Of a DNA stretch of 64,000 bases, positions 52,464 through 64,000 are shown one piece after another. The position numbers and the translations under genes are program-made. The notes below the pieces were generated by a model. It worked only from the letters and a program-made list of their open reading frames with translations. It did not search any database and had not been told where the DNA came from. Origin of the DNA: Eledone cirrhosa (taxonomy: Eukaryota); assembly GCA_964016885.1 (NCBI GenBank), contig OZ024760.1, forward strand, positions 15,190,001-15,254,000, given 5' to 3'. Numbering within the stretch: position 1 is the first letter of the stretch; each line of letters opens with the position of its first letter.

Positions 52464-54899
52464 ATGTGGACGAAACAGTCTAATTGGAATTATCGCTGTT
52501 TAGCGTACCTTAATCAGATTTTTACCGGTTACGCCCTAATGTCATGGACCGGTCTTTTCTTGCTTTTGGGCGTTTTTTACAATCAATGGAAACTTCTAAT
52601 TTCCTTTTTCGTGGGCATTATTTTAACAATGGTTGGCTGTTTTCATGTCAATCGTAGCCAACAGCTGTGGGACTTTACCTTCTTTAACGAATTCCTTTCA
52701 CCTAAAACAACTTTATCACATAAGCTTCGGATGTTGATTCTTCGGATTTCCATGCTCATTATCTCCCAGAAGGACGATACCAGCAACAATAAACAGATGT
52801 GTGCGTCGATTAACAACAGTTGGATGATAGATGGTATTAAACAAGAACCATCGTCGACACAGGTGCTATCCACATCGACCAGTCGGATGGTGATAGATGA
52901 TACAACGCAGTCAATGATATCCAGTCAAAAGGGCTGTTTGGATTCTTCGAAATCTAGTGACGATCATTCTCCTAACGCATCTGACTCTTATGTTCCTTAC
53001 TGTGAGGTAGTTAACTGCGAGATTGAAAAGTTTGTCAATTTAATTACAAGGGATTATGTCCAATCTTGGTACAAAATAGTTTGTTCTGATTCCAGTATAG
53101 TTGTTGATATCCACGATGAGATTCGCGAAATCTTGTTAGAGCTGTGTCGACGAGCACGAGCTGTTAACAGATTGTCTGCATGCACAGACGTAATTACGAT
53201 GTGTCGCGAACATTTGATGAAATACCAGACCTCCTTCGCTACTTACAAGGTCCAGATGTCGAATGCAATGTCTAATAATGAGAGATCCTCTCAGAAGATA
53301 AAGCTACCAGAATCCATAGAAGATGTGTTTGACCAAAAATATTCTCTGCATCCTGCGTCACAGAACACCGATGCTTCACTTGACCATGTGCGGGCCCTTT
53401 TAGAACTTATGATTGACTGTATGGACATATTACCAGCAGAGTTCAAGAATGTGGAGTCTTTGAAGAAAATCCTGATTGAGATTTTTATGTTACAAGTTAT
53501 AATTCCTCTCATCGACATGCTCCAAGACTCAGATTTCTTGCATGAGAGCATAATTCTGCTACTTTCCAAAGAACCCGAGGATTTGGTTGAACTAGGAAAT
53601 CCCGATGAAGAAATAACTGAGAAAGATCCACCGCCACCTCCACCAACACCACCACCTCTGTTAGCACCATCTTCATCGTCACTGCCTCTGTCACTACCAC
53701 CACCACCCGTTATAGTCCAGGGTTCTACACCCGAGAAACAGGAAGTAACGATTGTGGAAGCAGTGCGTCCCAGCAGCATCCCGCTTGACCAGAAGGCATT
53801 GCCTTTCAATGACCCTAAAACTCTTTTGAACCCCGAGCAACAGTCATCATTAAACCAGCAACAAATAGACACACCAGAAATTCAACAAGAACAGTCACAA
53901 TCACAAGAAAAACAACAACAACAGCAGGAACAGAAACAAGAACAACAACAGCAGCAGGAGCAAAAACAAGAAATTTCATGTAACCAAAACACTTTGGAGA
54001 TAAATTCTAATAATTTAAAATCAAGTGAAGAAAAACTTACATTTGGTGAAACTGTCTTTGGTTTTCGGTCGAGAGAAGGTAGCCGTATATCTTTAGGTGG
54101 GTTGCCATTTCCTTTCAGTAGTGATCGACAGCTTTCCTGCTCAGCCAGTGAGAGCAGGAAGACTTCCATGTCGGATAACGAGTCGCTGATGGACCAGCTT
54201 TTGTTTCCTAGCAACCGTAAAAGGTCTTCGGGTTCTGGTTACGAGGATATAGACATTGCTAATTATGATAACGGTGATAATAATAATGATGAGGACAATG
54301 TAGATGTTAGTAAGAGTTCTTATTCGTCTGTAGCGAAACCTGCTGACCAGAAAGATCTCTCAGATGATGACAAAATAATGGGTGAATATGTAAATAAAGA
54401 AATGAACTGTGATAAAAAATCCGGTAATGGATTCGTCAGACGTTTGGAACAACGGAACAGCTTTTACTCTTTTCCTTTGTCGGACAAAATGCTGAGAGGC
54501 ACGGAAAAGGACAGTGACCGCTGCCAGTCAGCTTTCGAATTCGGTTCGGACGAACAGCTTTTGTCTTCCGCAAGTGGCAAGGAGCAAAAGTTGAATGGCA
54601 TGAGGTCCAAAAGTTCAGATTCTAGCCCAACGGGGATGCGGAACACTTTTGAACGCAGCCCTTTCCAAACGTTGTGGCCGAACTTTTCAATTCCTAGATT
54701 GAGTCAAACCGACGATAGCATTCGGATGTACCCATTTCATTCTGGAAACTCAGAGCCATCATCTAAAACAGACAGCGAGTCAGATGACCCTGGGTCATCT
54801 GCAGACAAAAGGTGTCTTTTCCAAAATATATCGGTCATTAGTACTGAAGCGCACAAGGAACTTAGGAGTAACAAGGTTTATACTCTATACGAAATCCAG
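52464..54899 (+). CDS. SNX19: Sorting nexin 19-like (TM-PXA-PX-PXC family), large first coding exon; gene continues beyond the window
   Basis: N-terminal hydrophobic segments, PXA domain (EIEKFVNLITRDYVQSWY...LHPA...IDMLQDSDFLH), long low-complexity linker with no recognisable RGS domain, then PX start (FQNISVISTE...YTLYEIQ). Phase-0 donor GTAAGT at 54900. Confidence 0.82.
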
Positions 54900-55198
54900 G
54901 TAAGTGGGTTCTTTATTTTCTTTTTCACACATCAGTAACCATTTCTTTACCATATTTCCAACAAAAGACACTCAGTGACTTTTAAATAATTTTGAAAATA
55001 ATAAAGGATTTGAAGAGATTATGTAATATAAATAAATTTCTCATTATTAAATTGATGTTTAGTAGGACATTACAAAGGTTCTTACTGAGAATTATGATAA
55101 AAGATTTTTAGACTAACCAATGACTATTGACAAATTTTGAAAATAATAAAAAAAAATTGGGAGAGATTTAGTAATATAACTAAGTTTCTCATCATTAT

Positions 55199-55406
55199 CC
55201 CTTTAGTATTTACATTATATTTACTATTGTATTTTAGCAATAAAGGCTTTATCTCACATAATATTGAATCTGAGATTTTGATGATGTTATAATTTATTTT
55301 GAGAACCAATACCTTAACATCAGTATGAGCAGCCAGTTACGGCCAGTTTGAACAGAAAGAAGTGAGAAAATTCTGGCCGGATACGGCCGGTTTAAATGCT
55401 AAAGGG
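55199..55406. mobile_element. piggyBac-type MITE, inverted sister copy of 57133-57328
   Basis: CCCTTTAG...CTAAAGGG ends with degenerate TTAT/TTAG flanks; body is the reverse complement of the 57133 copy. Confidence 0.8.
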
Positions 55407-57132
55407 TTAGGCTGGTGTTTGCAGCATAACATAGGTTCATACACAGAATTATGAGAGAAGGTTTTTAGATATAAACGTTTTAACTCTTTCATAATCATAA
55501 TTCTAATAAAATACACTTCTAATAACTTTCAATATAATTTAGAAAATAATCAAGAATTTGGAAAGATTTAGTAATATAACTAACTTTCTCATAGGCTGTG
55601 TGGGTGTCATGACAAAAAAAACACATAGTCCATGCTGTAAAGTGGTCATGTAGGAGACATGGTAAAAAGGCTCCCAGTCCACACTGTAAATGTAGTTCGA
55701 GTTAGGAAGGCAATCCAGCTGTACAAAACCTGGCAGATACAGTCCTATACGAGTGAGACACGGTCACCCGATCAATCTTGCCTCAAGTGGGACAATTCCC
55801 ATCTAACCCATGCTAGCATGGAAGATAGACATTAAATGACGATGATGATGATAAGCTGGTGTTTAGAACTTAAAAAGGTTCATACATAAAATTATGATGG
55901 AAGGTTTTTAAATACAAATATAAACACTTTAACCCTTTTATAAGGCAGCCTATGATTTAAAAAAATTATTTTGAAATTAATAAAAAATGTTGAATGTTTT
56001 AGTAATACAAGGTGAGCATAAAGTATTTCCCTCATTATAAAATCTCGGATACTATTAGAGATTTTATTTTTTCATTTATAAATTTCAAGTTTAAAGTTTT
56101 CTGAACTTGTTTTTCATTTTCTCTTCTACAGGAAGTAGTTGTAATTTTCAGTAAGAAAATGGCATCTATGTTTTGCTTAATAAAGGTTTATAATAAGGGA
56201 AGGACTTTATGCTCACTCTGTATAACTAACTGTCTCATTATTAAGCTGGTGTTTGGAACCCTACTTAACAAACTGATAGTAACTCTATTAGTAGTGGTAG
56301 TAGCTGTAACTATATTAAATGTAAACACTTTAAAACAAACAGTTTAATTTAATACATATAAAAACGAGAAAACTCATCACCAGAACAGCTATTAAAGTAG
56401 CTAAATGCTGTCAAAGACATGGTTTCATATTATAGAATTAGGGGCAATTTCAGGTGGTTTGGTATTGAAAGGTTTAAATTCAAGCGTGTTTAGGAATTGG
56501 CCCAGAAAAGTGAGCTTTAAGCACCCCTAGGTGATGTCACCAAAAATACTGTTTTGTGATAGTACCTGTTTGTTTTGAACTTGTTAGACAAACCTAGTGT
56601 CAGGTTAGGTCAAGTTGAGCATTGTAATTGGACCAAAGGTTAATTACTAGTTGCTACAAGGTCTGATTGATTGACCTCTGTAATTAACAGGTCAGGTGCT
56701 TGATTATCTTAACTGTGACAGCACAGACAACATATGTGTGTATGTGTGTTTATGTATGTGTATATAGATATATATGTTATGTGTGTTTAAATATATGTTA
56801 TGTTATATATGAGCACACAATAGCTGAATAGTTGAGAGGTTTGCTTGTTTGGCCCGCAATCATAAGATCCTGGGTTCAATCGCACTCTGTAACATCTTGG
56901 ACAAGTGTCTTTTATCATAGCTCATTATTGAAACTGACTGAGGTCCATTCCATCCCATACATAGTCATACAAACCCTTACTAAAATAGATACAATAAGCA
57001 TTTCAAGGTGAATGCTAACCCCTACTAAAGCAGGAGTTATCATTGCAGGCCTCATGATAGGATTTATATTAACCATGGGGTCCTTTTTAAATGTTTTATG
57101 GTTAGAAGCCCTCTCTGTGACCATTCCTTTAA

Positions 57133-57328
57133 CCCTTTAGCATGTAAACTGGCCATATCCGGCCAGAATTCTCTCACTTCTTTCTGTTCAAACCGGCTGT
57201 AACTGGCCACTAATACTGATGTTAAGGTATTGTTCTCAAAATAAATAATATCAAAATCTCATAGATTCAATATTATCTGAGATAAAGTGTTTACCATGAA
57301 AATACAATAGTATGTAAATAGTAAAGGG
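57133..57328. mobile_element. piggyBac-type MITE
   Basis: TTAA|CCCTTTA...TAAAGGG|TTAA: TTAA duplication and CCC/GGG ends. Confidence 0.85.
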
Positions 57329-57802
57329 TTAAACTACCTTTTACAACACTCAGGGATATGGTGTACCCATACTAAACTGGCTTAACTATCACTTACAACA
57401 CACAGTGAAGGCGCATGGCTTAGTGGTTAGAGCATTGGGCTTGCAATTGAAAGGTTGTGAGTTCAATTCTCGGACCGGGTGATGTGTTCTTTCCTTGAGC
57501 AAGACACTTTATTTCACGTGTCTCCAGTTTACTCAGCTGTAGAAATGAGATGATAGGATTGGGGTCCCTATCATTAAATCACTCAACCACCTCCAATGAG
57601 ATATACCTTGGAAGAGGCCAGCTAAACCTGCATAGGTGTGAGCTGTCACACACACACACACACAACACACAGGGGTATGGTGTACCCATGTACACATGCT
57701 AAACAAATACAGACCACATAATTACTAAAATCACACAAAAAAATAAAAAAATAGAGAATGCATATTGTTACCTTAATGACAAATACACTCCCACACACAC
57801 AT

Positions 57803-57857
<55 letters not shown>

Positions 57858-58014
57858 GGAGTGTATTTTAAAGGATGGGCCTATAAAAATGTAATTAAGG
57901 TAACAATATGCGTTCTCTATTTTTTCTTTACGTTAATTATTTTCCATCTTGACGTTATAGTCACTTATATATTATGAAATACTGTTGGCTTCTTGCTCAC
58001 ATTAATTTCTCTAT

Positions 58015-58068
<54 letters not shown>

Positions 58069-58245
58069 ACATATATATACACATACACACATATTTATAT
58101 ATATATATATACATACACACAGGTGTATATATAATATATACAAATACACACATATGTATACACACATACATATATATATATACACACACACATATATATA
58201 TATACACACACACATATATAGACACACACGTATATATATACATAT

Positions 58246-58278
<33 letters not shown>

Positions 58279-58755
58279 CATACACACAGATGTATATATA
58301 ATATATACAAATACACATATATGTATACACACATACATATATATATACACACACATATATATACACACATGTATACACACATACATATATATATATACAC
58401 ACACATATATATACACACACGTACATATATTTATATATATACATACACACACACATACATATATATATACACATACACACACACACATGTATATATATAT
58501 ATACATACACATGTATATATATATATACATGTGTATGTATATATATATATATTCTATATATATATACACACACATTAATGTTCTACTCCACTAAGGGAGG
58601 GCTTATGACCCTATTAGGGCCCCATGATGTGTTGATGTGAACACCCCAAATTTTGTCTTATTTGTTTCACTGTTCAACATCATCATCATCATCATAACGT
58701 CCACTTTCCCTGCTAGCATGGGTTGGACGGGTCCGTATATAACCCAGTCTGTACT

Positions 58756-59070
58756 GAAGCAGGAGCCCCTGACCTGCCAGACAGGCCAGGGACCCAGTGG
58801 AAGCAGGGGCCCCTGACCTGCCAGACAGGCCAGGGACCTAGTTGAAGCAGGGGCCACTGATCTGCCAGACAGGCCAGGGACCTAGTTGAAGCAGGGGCCA
58901 CTGATCTGCCAGACAGGCCAGGGACCTAGTTGAAGCAGGAGCCCCTGACCTGCCAGACAGGCCAGGGACCCAGTGGAAGCAGGAGCCACTGATCTGCCAG
59001 ACAGGCCAGGGACCTAGTTGAAGCAGGGGCCACTGATCTGCCAGACAGGCCAGGGACCTAGTTGAAGCAG
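58756..59070. repeat. 44-bp minisatellite (~7 copies)
   Basis: GAAGCAGGGGCCACTGATCTGCCAGACAGGCCAGGGACCTAGTT unit. Confidence 0.9.
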
Positions 59071-59173
59071 TATGCCCAAAGAGTTAAGAGGTTCGCTTTG
59101 TAATTGTGAGGTTCCAAGTTCGAGCCCTGTGTACGTATGTCATCTTGGATGAGTGTCATTTAACAAATCCCCC

Positions 59174-60170
59174 AGTAACCCTTCCAATTTCTTAGTAACC
59201 CTTCCAATTTCTTTGTAACCCTTCCAATTTCTTTGTAACCCTTCCAATTTCTTTGTAACCCTTCCAATTTCTTAGTAACCCTTCCAATTTCTTTGTAACC
59301 CTTTCAATTTCTTTGTAACCCTTTCAATTTCTTTGTAACCCTTCCAATTTCTTAGTAACCCTTCCAATTTCTTTGTAACCCTTCCAATTTCTTTGTAACC
59401 CTTCCAATTTCTTTGTAACCCTTTCAATTTCTTTGTAACCCTTTCAATTTCTTTGTAACCCTTCCAATTTCTTTGTAACCCTTCCAATTTCTTTGTAACC
59501 CTTCCGATTTCTTTGTAATCCTTCCAATTTCTTTGTAACCCTTCCAATTTCTTTGTAACCCTTTCAATTTCTTTGTAACTCTTCCAATTTCTTTGTAACC
59601 CTTCCAATTTCTTTGTAACTCTTCCAATTTCTTTGTAACCCTTCCAATTTCTTTGTAACCCTTTCAATTTCTTTGTAACCCTTCCAATTTCTTAGTAACC
59701 CTTCCAATTTCTTTGTAACCCTTCCAATTTCTTTGTAACTCTTCCAATTTCTTTGTAACCCTTCCGATTTCTTTGTAATCCTTCCAATTTCTTTGTAACC
59801 CTTCTGATTTCTTTGTAACTCTTCCAATTTCTTTGTGACCCTTTCAATTTCTTAGTAACCCTTCCAATTTCTTTGTAACCCTTCCAATTTCTTTGTAACC
59901 CTTCCAATTTCTTTGTAACCCTTCCAATTTCTTTGTAACTCTTCCAATTTCTTTGTAACCCTTCCAATTTCTTTGTAACCCTTTCAATTTCTTTGTAATC
60001 CTTCTGATTTCTTTGTAACCCTTTCAATTTCTTTGTAACCCTTTCAATTTCTTTGTTACCCTTTCGATTTCTTTGATACCTTTTCGATTTCTTTGTTACC
60101 CTTCCAACTTCCCTTGTAACCCTCCAAATGCCTTTGCAACCCTCCTGATTTCTTTGTAATCCTTTCAATT
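59174..60170. repeat. 20-bp minisatellite (~48 copies), degenerating at the right end
   Basis: CTTCCAATTTCTTTGTAACC unit. Confidence 0.95.
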
Positions 60171-60578
60171 CCTCTATAACGCTCCAAATTCCCTTGTAAA
60201 CTTCATTGGATTGACCCATGTCTTTTGAATGAAATTGGGGAGCTGTGGAAACTGTTTGGTGGCATGTTGGTTGGACCTTACCCTTAATTGAAATAGTCAG
60301 CCCTTCCATATGCTGTGTCAGGCTCCCTCACTCTGAAGGTAAACGTGTCTGTGGAATACTCATCCACATATACCTTAATTTCACGAGCAAGCTATTCCAT
60401 TGATCAAACAACTGGAGCAACCATTATGGAAATGATGGAGATCCAATACATACATCAACACTGTATATTGAGCTCTGCCGTCGGGGTCATACATTTTCCT
60501 ATTACCCACTCTACTACCCTAAGTATTGAGTACTCTGGTGCGTTATGGTCCATCTGGTTCCTTACCACAACTCCTTTG

Positions 60579-60683
<105 letters not shown>

Positions 60684-60810
60684 AGACCTACAAACATTGA
60701 CCCTCCACCAGTACAGCCAATCGCCCCCCCCCCCCCCGTTATCATGGTAGTGGTGGCGGCAGTGATGGTGATAGTAGCATCAGCAGCGGCTGTATCTCTA
60801 TCAATGGTGA

Positions 60811-60847
<37 letters not shown>

Positions 60848-62830
60848 TGTGGTAGTAGTAGTAGTGGTGGTAGTTGTAACTGAAAGTCAACAGCTGTTAA
60901 CACTTCTCAGCTAATGAAAGTATCTATATAACAGCTAGCCATGAAATTGACAGATTGGAATCAACAAGTGTCAAATCTAAAATGAAAGTAGGATATATAT
61001 ATATATCATCAGCATGCCTTTATGGTAAATAAAGATATATATATATATCATCAGCATGCCTTTATGGTAAATAAAGATATATATATATATCATCATCATC
61101 ATCATATCATCAGCATTTCATTTTACGTCCACTTTTCCCTGCTTGCATGGGTGGGACAGGAACTGATTCTCGCTTGATTTCTACAGCTGGATGCCCTTCC
61201 TAACACCAACCTCGTTTACAGTGAGTGCTGGGTGCTTTTTTTCCGTGGTACCTCCACGACCACTTTGCAGTGGAATGATATGGACCCCAGTCCCTATCAT
61301 CTCATTTCTACAGCTGAGTAAACTGGAGCAATGTGAAATAAAGTGTCTTGCTCAAGGAAACAACACATCACCCGGTCTGATATATATATATATATATAAA
61401 ATGTATTAAATTAAGATTTGATTGTATTAATATTTTGTATATATATATATTATGTTTGTGTGTGTATATATGCATGTATATATATATATAACCACGCGGT
61501 ACATGTGTATATACATATTTACACACTTTTGGAGTGAAGGACCCCTAGCCTTTGTCAGGGCATTCTTCTAGGAGAAGGCAACTCAGGAAACTGGGATAAC
61601 TCCGATATAGAACCTGCGGCTCAGTAGTTACCGATGATGCTGATATTTTCTTCTTTTCGGGTTAGAGCTACTGTTGCTCAGAGAGTGGGATTGGCTCAGT
61701 GCACAGTCTTTCCTCATTTAAAAAAATATCTTCACGCACAGGCATTGCACGATAGAATTAATTAATAATTATTAATGTTATATCGTGCACTGGCCATACT
61801 CGATAACGAGGGGGCAGCCATCATATATATATATATGTATATTATATATATACACAGGGTGTCCCCCAAAAATGTATAAACACTTTGATTATCTGTAACA
61901 GGAAATATTTGCAATATTTATTAGAAATCATTATGGTGGATTGGCAGTATTGGTAGAGGGTCGGACGCCATGCTTTGACGCATAGAGTTACGGCCCTTGC
62001 CATTCTGAGTTCAAATCCCGCCGAGGTTAACATTGCCTTTCATCCTTACAGAGTAGATAAAATAAAGTACCAGTAATGCACTGGGTAATTGCTGGCCTTG
62101 TGCCAAAAGTAGAAACAATTATTATAAATAACAAAAGTAAAGAAATAAAGAAATCAATATTTATTAGAATGCTGTTGAAGTGTGTTTACATTTTTTGGGA
62201 CACCCTGTATATATATATATATATGTTATATGTAAACATATATATATATTTATATACATGTGTGTGTGTATATATGTGTATATATATATATGTGTATATA
62301 TATATATATATATGTATGTATGTGTGTATATATATATGTATGTATGTGTGTATATATGTATGTATGTGTGTGTGTATATATGTATGTATGTGTGTATATA
62401 TATATGTATGTATGTGTGTATATATATATGTATGTATGTGTGTATATATGTATGTATGTATGTGTGTATATATAAATGTATGTATGTATGTATATATATA
62501 TGTATCTATGTGTGTATATATGTATGTATGTGTGTATATATATATGTATGTATGTGTGTATATATGTATGTATGTATGTGTGTATATATAAATGTATGTA
62601 TGTATGTATATATATATGTATGTATGTGTGTATATATATATGTATGTATGTGTGTATATATATATGTATGTATGTGTGTATATATAAATGTATGTATGTA
62701 TGTATATATATATGTATGTATGTGTGTATATATAAATGTATGTATGTATGTATATATATATGTATGTATGTGTGTATATATATATGTATGTATGTGTGTA
62801 TATATATATGTATGTATGTGTGTATATATA

Positions 62831-62877
<47 letters not shown>

Positions 62878-64000
62878 ACTAGAGGCATGTCTGTTGTTTA
62901 TGTTCTGGTCTCTATGATCAAAGACATGCCAACCATGACCATCCCGCATATTTGTATACCCAGCACTACATTATACAGTGTTACTATTAATGTGTATTGG
63001 CAGAATCGGTAGAGCGTCGGAGAAGATGCTTTGTGGCATAGAGTTACGTCCCTTCACACTCTGAGTTTAAATCCCACCAAGGTTAACTTTGCCTTTCATC
63101 CTTCTGGGGGTCGATAAACTAAAGTACCAGTCACGCACTGGGGTTGATTTAATCAACTTTCCCCTCCCCCAAAATTGGTGGCCTTGTGCCTAAATCAGAA
63201 ACCATTATTATTATTAGAGGATGGCTGACTGGCTGAATTGGTAGAGGTCAAAGCTGCCTTTTATCCTTCAGTGGGCTGATAAAATAAAGTACCAGTAATG
63301 CACTGAAGTCGATTTAATCAACTGTCCCCTCTCCCCTTCAAATTGCTGGCCTTGTGCCAAATGTAGAAAATATTATTTATTTTGTTTATTTATTGAAATT
63401 TACAACTCCCACCTATGTTGGTTTGTCTGGCCTCCTCAGGGGTTTAGTGGGTGTTTCAATGATAAGGGCACCAGTGTTATAATGTTGTTATTGTTATAGC
63501 CCACACCTATGTTGGTTTTGTTGGCCTTACAAGAGGTGTCTTGAGTGTTTTAATTATTGGGGTCACCAGTCATAGCATGTTATTCTCACGGCCCACACCT
63601 ATGTAGGTTTTGCTGGTTCTACAAGGTGTCTTGAGTGATTTAATTATTGGGGTCACCAGTCATAGCATGTTATTAAAATAATAATAAAATAATGAAAATT
63701 ATTGTGTACACTGTTCAGGTGCACTACAACTCATCAAAGGTGCATGTATAGTACATAGAATAATGTACAAATGTCAGGAAAGTGAACAGCGTATGAGTCA
63801 TGATATACACACAGATACATGCGCATGTGTGTAGAGGGAGAATATTAGGTGTAGTGTTGGCAAACACCTATGTAGGATTTGCTGACCCCAAAGGAGGTCT
63901 TTTTTATGTTTTCATGATAGGGCTTCCAGTTTATTATGGTATTGTGGATACAGCTCATGTGGGTGTCACAAGAAAAACACTCGGCCTACACTGTAAAGTG

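Noticed and set aside
59272-60309. Coiled-coil-like ORFs (KEIGRVTKKLEGLQRNW)
   Set aside because: Frame-cycling translation of a 20-bp minisatellite.

Overview
Eukaryotic, very AT-rich, microsatellite-dense animal DNA. The SINE/LINE repertoire suggests an octopus-like cephalopod (inference). Three protein-coding genes are supported: the last two exons of a class IA PI3K regulatory subunit (C-terminal SH2, + strand), an intronless 1255-aa CFAP57/WDR65 (- strand) with an upstream RFX X-box, and the 2.4-kb first coding exon of an SNX19-type sorting nexin (+ strand). The rest is a tRNA-Gly pseudogene, tRNA-derived SINEs, RTE/CR1/CRE LINE fragments, MITEs, mini- and microsatellites and a 200-N gap. 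The most striking unannotated signal is about ten type I hammerhead-ribozyme motifs (CUGANGA...GAAA...UH) from several unrelated short non-coding elements. Most sit next to (TA)n tracts, and some lie in perfect fold-back palindromes that present the motif on both strands. This resembles Penelope-like pseudo-LTR / retrozyme-type elements. Nearly all other ORFs in the track are microsatellite artefacts. All calls are by eye; no searches were run.
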